64,000 nt of DNA, taken from positions 104,585-168,584 of the IMG/VR virus record IMGVR_UViG_3300009500_000011. One strand, 5' to 3'. The translations under genes were made by a program, and so were the position numbers. Shown here piece by piece: positions 18,271 to 26,262 of the stretch (the first letter of the stretch is position 1; the number at the start of each line of letters is the position of its first letter). Under the pieces are notes generated by a model that saw only the letters and a list, made by a program, of their open reading frames with translations, ran no database searches and was not told the DNA's origin. Source of the DNA: a virus. Taxonomy: Duplodnaviria; Heunggongvirae; Uroviricota; Caudoviricetes.

Positions 18271-18345
18271 GGCCCAGTCGTCTAGTGGCTAGGATTGCTG
18301 ATTTTCACTCAGTAGAAGGCGGGTCGGAACCGCTCTGGGCTACCA
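18271..18345 (+). tRNA. tRNA-Glu (anticodon TTC), CCA encoded
   Basis: acceptor ggcccag/ctgggct; loop ttTTCac; T-loop GTCGGAA (same oddity as tRNA-Asp). Confidence 0.7.
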
Positions 18346-18372
18346 AATTTTAGATTAAGAAAAGAGAAGAGA

Positions 18373-18615
18373 ATGCAAAAAATTCAAATTGTTTATACAG
18401 ATAATCCAAGTGAAATAGAAGCAGTTTTTATTGATGGTAAGATAGTTGCTGCTTGGTATTTAAGTGATGCAAGTTGGCGTGGTGAATATTTTAATGGATT
18501 CATGGGAAAACTTGGTATTGAAGTAGATGATTATAGTCGAGCAACTTCGGAACAAATTGAATCTATTAAAGATTGGTTTAATTTAGATGAAGATGAATTA
18601 CTTTATGCCTTATGA
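18373..18615 (+). CDS. hypothetical protein; stop codon overlaps the 5' end of tRNA-Gln
   Basis: ORF track; tRNA 5' end tgcctta begins inside the final codons. Confidence 0.5.
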   Translation: MQKIQIVYTDNPSEIEAVFIDGKIVAAWYLSDASWRGEYFNGFMGKLGIEVDDYSRATSEQIESIKDWFNLDEDELLYAL

Positions 18616-18676
18616 TGTAATGGTAGCATAAGATGCTCTGAACATCTTTGTAATCGTTCGAGTCGATTTAAGGCAG
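18606..18676 (+). tRNA. tRNA-Gln (anticodon CTG)
   Basis: acceptor tgcctta/taaggca; anticodon stem agatg/catct; loop ctCTGaa; T-arm aatcgttcgagtcgatt. Confidence 0.65.
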
Positions 18677-18684
18677 CGATTTAA

Positions 18685-18759
18685 TCCCTTGTCGTCTAAT
18701 TGGTAGGACGCGAGATTTTGGTTCTCGCTATCGTGGTTCGAGTCCATGCGAGGGAACCA
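18685..18759 (+). tRNA. tRNA-Gln (anticodon TTG), CCA encoded
   Basis: acceptor tcccttg/cgaggga; loop ttTTGgt. Confidence 0.65.
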
Positions 18760-18766
18760 GTTTTAT

Positions 18767-18843
18767 TGGAGAATGGCCAAGTTGGTAAGGCACCTCGCTT
18801 TGAACGAGGAAATGCGAAGGTTCGATGCCTTCTTCTCCAGCCA
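18767..18843 (+). tRNA. second tRNA with anticodon TTG (3-bp D stem, 6-nt variable loop), CCA encoded
   Basis: acceptor tggagaa/ttctcca; loop ctTTGaa; T-arm gaaggttcgatgccttc. Confidence 0.55.
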
Positions 18844-18867
18844 AATTTTTTAAATATCAAACATCGA

Positions 18868-18943
18868 CCGGGTTTAGCTGAGACGGTTCAAGCGTGTCCC
18901 TGAAGAGGACGAGACGGGGATTCGAGCGCCCCAACCCGGACCA
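18868..18943 (+). tRNA. tRNA-Phe (anticodon GAA), CCA encoded
   Basis: acceptor ccgggtt/aacccgg; loop ctGAAga; T-loop ttcgagc. Confidence 0.65.
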
Positions 18944-18948
18944 ATCAT

Positions 18949-19020
18949 TGGAGTGGTAGCATAGAGGTAATGTACCGTTTTATCGCGAGCGGGATGAAGG
19001 TTCGAGTCCTTCCCCTCCAG
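18949..19020 (+). tRNA. tRNA-like gene with canonical T-arm and acceptor but unresolved anticodon arm (possible pseudo-tRNA or atypical tRNA)
   Basis: acceptor tggagtg/ccctcca (one mismatch); T-arm gaaggttcgagtccttc; no clean 5-bp/7-nt anticodon hairpin found by eye. Confidence 0.35.
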
Positions 19021-19040
19021 TTCTTTTTTAAAAAGAAATC

Positions 19041-19214
19041 ATGATTAATAAACAATTAGTAAAAGAAGTTGCTGCTCGAATTAAAAATCCATCACCACGT
19101 ACAGCAAAGCGTGAATCTTTTGCTATTGCTTCTATGGTAGCAGAATCTTTAAAATTATCAGGAATAATGACAACTCTAGAAGATGTTTTAAAATCTTATT
19201 ATGGAGATAAATAA
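19041..19214 (+). CDS. hypothetical 57-aa protein (below track cutoff)
   Basis: ATG ORF filling the gap between tRNA cluster and gene 19218. Confidence 0.35.
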   Translation: MINKQLVKEVAARIKNPSPRTAKRESFAIASMVAESLKLSGIMTTLEDVLKSYYGDK

Positions 19215-19217
19215 TTT

Positions 19218-19496
19218 ATGATGAGATTCAAACCTGGTGATAAAGTAACAGCAGTTTTTTCTGCTGATAAGACAGCCCACATAATGAAATATCCAAATGG
19301 TTTGCCCGGATATGACCATTGTTGTGACAAATGCCGTGGCGTTGCTCGCATGGTTTGTTTGGCGTTTATGCATTATGATTTTGGAATTAAAGAGGGAACG
19401 CTTTTACCTACTTGTGAGTTTTGTGCAAAAGGTTTAATTGATGAAGGTAATTTATCTCCTGCTCTTGGAAAATATTTAAAAGAGATACAGGTATGA
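19218..19496 (+). CDS. hypothetical Cys-rich protein
   Basis: RBS ggagataaataatttATG; HCCDKC...CEFC. Confidence 0.55.
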   Translation: MMRFKPGDKVTAVFSADKTAHIMKYPNGLPGYDHCCDKCRGVARMVCLAFMHYDFGIKEGTLLPTCEFCAKGLIDEGNLSPALGKYLKEIQV

Positions 19497-19696
19497 AATA
19501 CAAAGTTGTTTATGAATATTATGCCGGAATGGGTGATTATGGTATTGATGAACGATTTATAGAATCAAGAGAAGAATTAATTAAAATTTTAAATAATGTT
19601 TTTAGGGACGATATAATGATTAATGCTATCAAAATTTATCGTTTAAATCCAAATAGCGAATATTTAGGAGAAATAGATTATCATGACAAAATTTGA
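19493..19696 (+). CDS. hypothetical protein
   Basis: ORF track; start overlaps previous stop. Confidence 0.5.
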   Translation: MKYKVVYEYYAGMGDYGIDERFIESREELIKILNNVFRDDIMINAIKIYRLNPNSEYLGEIDYHDKI

Positions 19697-19913
19697 AGCC
19701 TTGCCTCAATCTCAAGAAAAATATAACCGTAATACAACAACTGACAAAGTTCCTAATGCTACTCAGGCTTCTTTTCGTCGTGCTGAAATGTTAATATGTA
19801 AACATTGCAAGAAAAACTGGAATGAGCATTTAGGTTATTTTGTTGGCAAAGCAGTTCCTGGAATGTGTTTAACTGAAGAAAATTTTAAAGAAACAGGAAC
19901 AAAAATCTCTTAG
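19683..19913 (+). CDS. hypothetical protein
   Basis: ORF track. Confidence 0.5.
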   Translation: MTKFEALPQSQEKYNRNTTTDKVPNATQASFRRAEMLICKHCKKNWNEHLGYFVGKAVPGMCLTEENFKETGTKIS

Positions 19914-19951
19914 TATAAGATAATAATAGAAATTATATTGTCTTTGATTTG

Positions 19952-20026
19952 CAGGTGTCGTATAATGGATAATTACAGGGCATTGCCAATGCTCAAATAG
20001 GAGTTCGATTCTCCTTACCTGCTCCA
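19952..20026 (+). tRNA. tRNA-Gly (anticodon GCC), CCA encoded
   Basis: acceptor gcaggtg/tacctgc; loop ttGCCaa; T-arm aggagttcgattctcct. Confidence 0.7.
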
Positions 20027-20045
20027 ATATATAAAAAAAGGCAAT

Positions 20046-20414
20046 ATGTTTTCGCGTAAAATTTTTAAACCAGTTGAAATTCCAAAGTTTGATTTAAGAC
20101 CAATTAAATTACAAAGATTAGCATTTATAAAAAATTCTTGCTTTCACTCTGATTATTTATGTGTAGAACCCAATGTTGTTGAAGAAATAAAATTCTTTAA
20201 AGACAAATTTTATCCAGTTCAATTCTTTGAAAAAGTAACTCAATTTACTCTATACAGAAGTTTAGACTATTTAGATAATAATACTACTATTGGATTTTAT
20301 AAATATTCTAATATATTTAATATTAATACTAATTTAATAGATTGGATAGGACAAGAATTTGATACCGAGGAATTTCTTAATTATCATGAAGTTATAAAGG
20401 TTACGCGCAAATGA
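20046..20414 (+). CDS. hypothetical protein
   Basis: ORF track. Confidence 0.5.
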   Translation: MFSRKIFKPVEIPKFDLRPIKLQRLAFIKNSCFHSDYLCVEPNVVEEIKFFKDKFYPVQFFEKVTQFTLYRSLDYLDNNTTIGFYKYSNIFNINTNLIDWIGQEFDTEEFLNYHEVIKVTRK

Positions 20415-20578
20415 CAGATTCAACTGTAGATGCAATAAAAAATATGAATCAATTTAAAGATAAACATAGACGTATGCAACTTATGGCTGATATTTTTGAT
20501 GCTTCAAAAGATTTTGAAGAAGATGAAGAAAATAATATAGAAGTAAAAAAAGAAGTTAAAAATAATGCAAATAAATGA
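20411..20578 (+). CDS. hypothetical 55-aa acidic protein (below track cutoff)
   Basis: ATGA start/stop overlap with upstream gene, typical operon coupling. Confidence 0.4.
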   Translation: MTDSTVDAIKNMNQFKDKHRRMQLMADIFDASKDFEEDEENNIEVKKEVKNNANK

Positions 20579-20777
20579 AACATCTGTTTACGAACTTCGT
20601 TTAAAATATCCTCTTAATGGCGCTTCTTCTCAGGAAGAAGTTCATAAACGCCTTAAGGATATTTCTGCTTTATTAAAAGAGCATGGGTTTACTTCTGTTG
20701 AAATAACTGCTGCGGGTCTTGAAGTTGCTAGTGGAGATTTAGACATTAGAACTTTTAAAACTCCTTTGAAATACTAA
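20565..20777 (+). CDS. hypothetical protein
   Basis: ORF track. Confidence 0.5.
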   Translation: MQINETSVYELRLKYPLNGASSQEEVHKRLKDISALLKEHGFTSVEITAAGLEVASGDLDIRTFKTPLKY

Positions 20778-21223
20778 TGTTAGAGCGTAATCAAGATATA
20801 TTAACTCAAATTAATGAACCTCATGTAGCAACCTGTGTGACAACGAATGCAGTAGTCAAACAGGATGGTAAAGCGGTAATGGGTGCAGGGGTTGCAAAAG
20901 TTATTAGAGACATGTATAGTGGTTCCGACACAATTTTAGGTGCGCTTATTAAAACTTATGGGCATAAAGTTCAACAGTTTTGGATAACACCTGCATTAGT
21001 ATCTTTTCCTACTAAAGACCATTTCAAAAATAAATCAAATATTTCTTTAATTCAACGTTCTGCAAAAGAACTTTACGAATGGGCAAATCTTAATACACAA
21101 TATTTGACCATAATATTGCCAAGACCTGGTTGCAATAATGGGGGTTTAAATTGGGAAGATATAAAACCAACACTAGAATCAATCTTAGTAGATAATAGAT
21201 TTGTTGTAATAGATAAAGGATGA
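20777..21223 (+). CDS. macro-domain-like protein (ADP-ribose binding/processing)
   Basis: CVTTNAVVKQDGKAVMGAGVAKVI resembles the macro NAAN...GGGV motif. Confidence 0.5.
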   Translation: MLERNQDILTQINEPHVATCVTTNAVVKQDGKAVMGAGVAKVIRDMYSGSDTILGALIKTYGHKVQQFWITPALVSFPTKDHFKNKSNISLIQRSAKELYEWANLNTQYLTIILPRPGCNNGGLNWEDIKPTLESILVDNRFVVIDKG

Positions 21224-21227
21224 AAGA

Positions 21228-21500
21228 ATGAGAATTGTTATTAATACGTGTTATGGCGGATTTAGTCTTTCCAAAGAAGCATATAAATATTTAAACAAAG
21301 AATGGGATGGATATGGATACGATTTTAATTTGTCAAGACATGACCCAAAACTTGTTGAATGTGTTGAAAAACTTGGTGCATCAGCAAATGGTACGTATGC
21401 AGAATTGAAAGTCATAGAAATTCCTGATGATGTTGATTACATAATCGAAGAATACGATGGAATAGAACATGTTGCAGAACGTCATAGAGTCTGGAATTAA
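21228..21500 (+). CDS. hypothetical protein
   Basis: ORF track. Confidence 0.5.
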   Translation: MRIVINTCYGGFSLSKEAYKYLNKEWDGYGYDFNLSRHDPKLVECVEKLGASANGTYAELKVIEIPDDVDYIIEEYDGIEHVAERHRVWN

Positions 21501-21741
21501 AATGAATAACGAATATTATTGGGTCATATCCTGTTCTGAAGATGGCGATGTAAGAATAGAACCATATAGTAAACCTATACTTTTAAGAGGGTTAAAAGAA
21601 AAATGGTGGGGTCAACCTTTGGAAAATATACCATACGGAGGAATTGACCCCCAAGATTGGGGTAATAGAATACTAATAATTAAAGGTTCTCAAGTAGTTC
21701 CTTTTGAAAAAGAAATTGTTACGGAGTACGATATTATTTAA
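21469..21741 (+). CDS. hypothetical protein (start possibly ATG 21502)
   Basis: ORF track. Confidence 0.45.
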   Translation: MLQNVIESGIKMNNEYYWVISCSEDGDVRIEPYSKPILLRGLKEKWWGQPLENIPYGGIDPQDWGNRILIIKGSQVVPFEKEIVTEYDII

Positions 21742-21925
21742 AATGGGTAAAGTTGAATTTATTTATGATAATTATAGTGGAGAACTTCGTTTAGTTGTTA
21801 TTAATGGTCGCATGTTTAGAATTTTTGATGATACAATAACTTCTTTTAAAGATATTTTTGAACATCTTCGTTATGATGTTACGGTTAAAGGAATTGAACC
21901 CGAAGAATTTGAAGAATTAATGTGA
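21704..21925 (+). CDS. hypothetical protein
   Basis: ORF track. Confidence 0.45.
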   Translation: MKKKLLRSTILFKMGKVEFIYDNYSGELRLVVINGRMFRIFDDTITSFKDIFEHLRYDVTVKGIEPEEFEELM

Positions 21926-22161
21926 GCAATTCAACTTGCGAAATGATTGCTTATGGCACTCCTTGTCGCAAAAACAACAATTTGACAAAATGTGAAACTT
22001 GCGGTAAAGTATTTTGTGGTAAGTATCATGAACGAAGTCATAATTGTCCAAAAGGCACCATTGATTCCAAAGAAGAATATAATCAATGGTTAAAAGATAC
22101 AAATTCAGAACCTTGGAGAATAGATACAGAAGCATCAAGATATAAACATCCAGGAGTATAA
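21922..22161 (+). CDS. hypothetical zinc-finger protein
   Basis: CETCGKVFCGKYHERSHNC motif. Confidence 0.5.
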   Translation: MSNSTCEMIAYGTPCRKNNNLTKCETCGKVFCGKYHERSHNCPKGTIDSKEEYNQWLKDTNSEPWRIDTEASRYKHPGV

Positions 22162-22163
22162 GA

Positions 22164-22454
22164 ATGACTAAAGAATTTGACCCTATAACACTTCGAAATT
22201 TAGTTTGGGAAGAACTAGATGAAAATGAAGATTATAAAGTGATTGTAGATGAAATAATATCAACTACAAGATGGGCGGTAGTTCACAAGCTTATTTTTAA
22301 GCACGACGGTAAATTTTGGCAAACTACATATAATGTGCCTGCAACCGAAATGCAAGAAGAAATGCCTTTTGAATATCAAGAAGTAGTAAATTGTCGTCAA
22401 GTTGTTCCTAAAGAAGTAACCACAATAAAATACGTGCCTGCTAATGATGAATAG
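22164..22454 (+). CDS. hypothetical protein
   Basis: ORF track. Confidence 0.5.
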   Translation: MTKEFDPITLRNLVWEELDENEDYKVIVDEIISTTRWAVVHKLIFKHDGKFWQTTYNVPATEMQEEMPFEYQEVVNCRQVVPKEVTTIKYVPANDE

Positions 22455-22803
22455 TATAACTTTAAATTATACAATTTCGGGTTCTGCCGCAAAGTGTGCC
22501 GCTGCTGCATCGCTTCTTATTAAAAAATTTGAAGAAGTCATTTTCTTAAATGAAAGTGGTCAATTTGAAAATGCTACAAAAATTTCATTGTTTAATTTTC
22601 AGAATCAGTATCCAAATGCTTACAAAGGTATAATTGAATTTAAATCAAAGGAAAATATCCATAGAATCTCTCAATTATTAGGCGGAACATGGAAGAAACC
22701 TGTTGACCACAATATCTATTTAATTTCAGAAAAAGGTTTTCAAGAAATAGGAATTGATTGGGCTTGTCTGGAATACAGCGGAGAATGGCCTAAAATAAAA
22801 TAA
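22444..22803 (+). CDS. hypothetical protein
   Basis: ORF track. Confidence 0.5.
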   Translation: MMNSITLNYTISGSAAKCAAAASLLIKKFEEVIFLNESGQFENATKISLFNFQNQYPNAYKGIIEFKSKENIHRISQLLGGTWKKPVDHNIYLISEKGFQEIGIDWACLEYSGEWPKIK

Positions 22804-22893
22804 ATCTAAACAGATTTATATACAAACAATCTTTACTACAATATAAATGCCTATAGGATTCACTAATTAATTCTAAATATTTTATGAGGACAT

Positions 22894-23004
22894 ATGGACG
22901 AATACGGCGAAGACGAAGATTTATTTGATAATTTATATGATGATGATTTCGTTGATAATGAAGACGAAGAAGACATTTATATAGAAGACGAAGAAGAATT
23001 TTAA
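22894..23004 (+). CDS. 36-aa extremely acidic peptide MDEYGEDEDLFDNLYDDDFVDNEDEEDIYIEDEEEF
   Basis: good RBS (GAGGAcatATG); 21 of 36 residues D/E. Confidence 0.4.
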   Translation: MDEYGEDEDLFDNLYDDDFVDNEDEEDIYIEDEEEF

Positions 23005-23091
23005 AATTTGCACGGGCGTTGGTGACAAGGGACAGGGAAACGACCAACGAAGAATGATGACGGGCGTGGGGTTGTCATTCAAAATAATAAT

Positions 23092-23174
23092 GCTGGGGTG
23101 GCTCAGAGGCGACAGCGCCAGTTTTGTAAACTGGTATACAAACAACGTGGGTTCGAGTCCCACCCCCAGCCCCA
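23092..23174 (+). tRNA. tRNA-Thr (anticodon TGT) with unusual unpaired 12-nt variable loop, CCA encoded
   Basis: acceptor gctgggg/ccccagc; anticodon stem ccagt/actgg; loop ttTGTaa; variable tatacaaacaac. Confidence 0.6.
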
Positions 23175-23388
23175 ATTATGTTATATAATGAGTATTAAGC
23201 AGATACAATATTCTAGTAGTCTAGATGGGACCCGAGCTTGTCATCCCACGGACGTTAAAGTGGTGCGGCGATAGATGTGGTTCAAGCATATGAACGACAC
23301 ATATTATTAACTGAAATAAATGCCAAATAAACAGCCTTTTGAAAGGTGTTAAATTAAGGTAATTATTGTCTTAGAAAGAAAATTAAAT

Positions 23389-24129
23389 ATGTCAAAAACA
23401 ATAAAACGAACAGTCACAACCATCGTTGAAGAAGAAGTTGTGCCTACTAATGAAGGTCTTTATACCGAAGTATTAGTAGATATGTCAGGTTCTATGTCAA
23501 ATGTTTGGGACTCTACAATTGCCGGTATCAATGAATTAAAAAACGGCCCATCTGGTTCCAATGATACAATGTCATTGACGTTTTTTGATAACGTTGTTGA
23601 ACGTCCATATATCAACAAATCTGTTAAATCAATTCCAGATGTAACTCGCGAATTATATCATCCACGCGGTTCTACTGCGTTACTTGATGCAATTGGAACA
23701 ACAATTAGAAGTGTTGAAAATATGAAAGATAGACCTTCTAAAGTTTTGTTTGTCATCATAACTGATGGTCAAGAAAATGCAAGTCGTGAATTTAATAATT
23801 CTCAAGTCTCTGCTCTTATTCGTGAAAAAGAAGCACAAGGCTGGGAATTTCTTTATATGGGAGCAAACCAAGATGCTTGGTCAACTGCTACGAATATTGG
23901 TATTCAAGGTGTAGGTAAATTTAATTTTGCTTCTAATCCTACTGTTACTGCTGCTGCTTTTAAAGGTGCTTCAGCAACACGTTCTGCTTATTCTAGTGGT
24001 ATGTCATACAATGCATCGGTTGGTGCGACATACAGCACGTTAAATGCTGTAGCACCAGAACTTAATGCAAACTATCTTGACAATAGTGGAAACACTTCTA
24101 TAATCGACACAGATATTACAAAGATTTAA
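23389..24129 (+). CDS. von Willebrand factor type A (vWA) domain protein
   Basis: MIDAS DMSGSMS; TALLDAIG; FVIITDGQENAS. Confidence 0.7.
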   Translation: MSKTIKRTVTTIVEEEVVPTNEGLYTEVLVDMSGSMSNVWDSTIAGINELKNGPSGSNDTMSLTFFDNVVERPYINKSVKSIPDVTRELYHPRGSTALLDAIGTTIRSVENMKDRPSKVLFVIITDGQENASREFNNSQVSALIREKEAQGWEFLYMGANQDAWSTATNIGIQGVGKFNFASNPTVTAAAFKGASATRSAYSSGMSYNASVGATYSTLNAVAPELNANYLDNSGNTSIIDTDITKI

Positions 24130-24165
24130 TTTGTACGCCCAGCCCAAGCGTTATTGGGCTCCTTT

Positions 24166-24240
24166 GCCTCTATCTTTCAACGGCTAGGAAACATCATTGG
24201 TAATGATGCAATGAAGGTTCGATTCCTTCTAGGGGCTCCA
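24166..24240 (+). tRNA. tRNA-Thr (anticodon GGT), CCA encoded
   Basis: acceptor gcctcta/taggggc; anticodon stem catca/tgatg; loop ttGGTaa. Confidence 0.65.
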
Positions 24241-24257
24241 ATTCTTAAGAGGATAGA

Positions 24258-24425
24258 ATGTTTGATAGATTAAAAGAAATATTTGCGGTTAGATTAATTA
24301 TTAAACTTGGTTTTGAAGATAAATTAATGGGCGCTCATCTTCCTAAGATTACTGATATGGATATTAAAGCAATTTTGGTCCAGATGAGAAAAGAGGGCTA
24401 TTATAGTCCTCATGGTTTTATATAA
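24258..24425 (+). CDS. hypothetical 55-aa protein (below track cutoff)
   Basis: RBS AAGAGGAtagaATG. Confidence 0.45.
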   Translation: MFDRLKEIFAVRLIIKLGFEDKLMGAHLPKITDMDIKAILVQMRKEGYYSPHGFI

Positions 24426-24446
24426 AATTAAAAAGATTGATGTAAA

Positions 24447-24935
24447 TTGAAATATTTTTTTGATACCGAATTCATAGAAAATGGAGAAACTATAGACCTA
24501 GTAAGTATAGGTATTGTTTCTGAAATTGGACGTACTTACTATGCAATTAGTAAAGAATTTGACCCTACCAAGGCTGACCCTTGGGTTATTGAAAATGTTC
24601 TAACTCTTTTAGTTAAAGATGGTAAGCCAATCGAACCTGAAAATTGGAAAAGTCGAGAACAAATTAAGAATGATATTTTAACATTTGTTGATGATGAACC
24701 TGAATTTTGGGCTTGGTACGGAGCTTATGACTGGGTATGTTTAGCACAATTGTTTGGTAAAATGGTAAATTTACCAAAACATTTTCCCATGTATGCCAGA
24801 GATATAAAATTATTATCAGAATTAAAGGGTAATCCTCCTAAGCCTCCTCAAGCAGGAAGTAAGCATAACGCTCTTGAAGATGCAAAATGGAATAGAATGT
24901 TTTATAATATGCTTATCAAGATGCCTTACGTTTGA
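24447..24935 (+). CDS. DEDDh 3'-5' exonuclease (DnaQ-like / oligoribonuclease-like)
   Basis: Exo I FFDTEF; Exo III HNALEDA. Confidence 0.7.
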   Translation: MKYFFDTEFIENGETIDLVSIGIVSEIGRTYYAISKEFDPTKADPWVIENVLTLLVKDGKPIEPENWKSREQIKNDILTFVDDEPEFWAWYGAYDWVCLAQLFGKMVNLPKHFPMYARDIKLLSELKGNPPKPPQAGSKHNALEDAKWNRMFYNMLIKMPYV

Positions 24936-24938
24936 TAC

Positions 24939-24967
24939 TTGACAAAATATTTGAAATAGAGTAATAT
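24939..24967 (+). promoter_or_regulatory. sigma70-like promoter TTGACA-17-TAATAT
   Basis: ttgaca aaatatttgaaatagag taatat; precedes a small Cys-rich ORF and two tRNAs. Confidence 0.55.
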
Positions 24968-24973
24968 GTAAAT

Positions 24974-25093
24974 ATGAATACTAATCATAGAGTCTGCCGT
25001 TGCGACGGTAAACCATATCCAAAAAGTCTAAGATGCAAGTGTAATTGCCAATGCGAAGGTTGTTCAGGAGCCCGCAAGGCAAGAAGCAAATAA
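24974..25093 (+). CDS. 39-aa Cys-rich peptide MNTNHRVCRCDGKPYPKSLRCKCNCQCEGCSGARKARSK
   Basis: ATG 7-8 nt after the -10 (leaderless or near-leaderless); 9 Cys. Confidence 0.35.
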   Translation: MNTNHRVCRCDGKPYPKSLRCKCNCQCEGCSGARKARSK

Positions 25094-25103
25094 ACTGAAT
25101 ATT

Positions 25104-25188
25104 GGGACTTTGGCAGAGCGGTTATGCAACGGACTCTTAATCCGTGAGGGAAACCTCTATGTGGGTTCGACCCCCACAGGTCCCACCA
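25104..25188 (+). tRNA. class II (long variable arm, Ser-like D-arm) tRNA with anticodon CTT as read, CCA encoded
   Basis: acceptor gggactt/aggtccc; D-loop gagcggttat; perfect anticodon stem acgga/tccgt; loop ctCTTaa; variable arm gagggaaacctctat. Confidence 0.55.
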
Positions 25189-25197
25189 AATAACTAT

Positions 25198-25274
25198 GGG
25201 ATAGTAGGAGAATTGGCATATCTACCACGTTTAGACCGTGGGTTCTGTGGGTTCAAGTCCCACCTATCCTACCA
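25198..25274 (+). tRNA. tRNA with anticodon TAG (Leu-type) but class I body (5-nt variable loop), CCA encoded
   Basis: acceptor gggatag/ctatcct; anticodon stem ccacg/cgtgg; loop ttTAGac. Confidence 0.55.
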
Positions 25275-25282
25275 AATATTTA

Positions 25283-25306
25283 AAAGACCTGATATCAGGT
25301 CTTTTA
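25283..25306 (+). terminator. intrinsic terminator
   Basis: aaagacctgatatcaggtctttt. Confidence 0.7.
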
Positions 25307-25329
25307 TCATTCAAAAAGTTTAATTTAAT

Positions 25330-25473
25330 ATGGCAAGAAAAAACATAGATGATATTTATAACGAAAACAATTATGTTCAGAAAAATTATACAGGCAGCGG
25401 TTTTGCCCTTGGTTTAGCCTTGGCGGCGACATGTTTGATAGCGTTGCACCTTCTGGGAGTTAAATTGATTTAA
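25330..25473 (+). CDS. 47-aa small membrane protein (below track cutoff)
   Basis: hydrophobic C-terminus GFALGLALAATCLIALHLLGV. Confidence 0.4.
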   Translation: MARKNIDDIYNENNYVQKNYTGSGFALGLALAATCLIALHLLGVKLI

Positions 25474-25587
25474 TATGGTAAGATTAAAATTAAAATGGAA
25501 AATAAAAAAAGATGGATATGGTTTAAAATCATCTTGGAAAAAGAAAAACAAACATAAAAAATCTTTTATTATCTGGAAATAAAAATA

Positions 25588-26253
25588 ATGCCTTTAAAAA
25601 TCGTGTGTATTTCTGATACTCACAATTCATTAAATCAACTTGAACTTAATGGATTAAAAATGCCAGAAGCAGATGTTCTTATACATGCTGGTGATTTAAC
25701 ATTTAAAGGCCAACTTCCAGAAATTTCAAAAGCAAATTATCATTTAGGGAAAATTAAACATAAGTATAAACATGTGGTTTTTGTTCCAGGAAATCATGAT
25801 TTTCTTTTTCAAAAAGATGAAGCAATTGCAAGGGCTGTATTGTCTAATGCAACCGTATTAATTGACCAACCTTTAGAAATTGAAGGTTATAAATTTTACG
25901 GTAGTCCTTGGCAACCCTGGTATCAAGATTGGGCATTTAATTTTAAAAAATATTCAGCAGGAGGAAAAGAACAGTCAATTCGTATTTGGGGAGCTATTCC
26001 TGAAGAGACTGATATTTTAATTACTCATGTCCCGCCATATATGATGATGGATAAAACTGAATATGGTGAAAATATTGGTGATGCTTGGCTTGCTAAACGT
26101 TTGAAAGAACTTCCTAATCTTAAACTTCATGTTTTTGGGCATGTTCATGAAAGATACGGTAAAGTAGAAGCAAAAATTACCTTTGTTAATGCAGCTTCTA
26201 TGAACCGTAGATATAGCATTGTGAATCCACCAATTGTTATAGATTTGCCTTAA
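25588..26253 (+). CDS. calcineurin-like metallophosphoesterase
   Basis: CISDTH; GDLTFKG; GNHD; HVPP; GHVH motif series. Confidence 0.75.
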   Translation: MPLKIVCISDTHNSLNQLELNGLKMPEADVLIHAGDLTFKGQLPEISKANYHLGKIKHKYKHVVFVPGNHDFLFQKDEAIARAVLSNATVLIDQPLEIEGYKFYGSPWQPWYQDWAFNFKKYSAGGKEQSIRIWGAIPEETDILITHVPPYMMMDKTEYGENIGDAWLAKRLKELPNLKLHVFGHVHERYGKVEAKITFVNAASMNRRYSIVNPPIVIDLP

Positions 26254-26262
26254 AATAAGAAT

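Noticed and set aside
18700-18903. Track ORF 18700..18903(+)
   Set aside because: Covers tRNA-Gln, the second TTG tRNA and tRNA-Phe; spurious
23175-23388. Possible tRNA or sRNA in the 210-bp spacer after tRNA-Thr(TGT) (hairpins tggga...tccca, atgtg...cacat, ggttcaagc)
   Set aside because: No acceptor/T-arm geometry; may be a 3' trailer or small RNA but evidence is too thin to call
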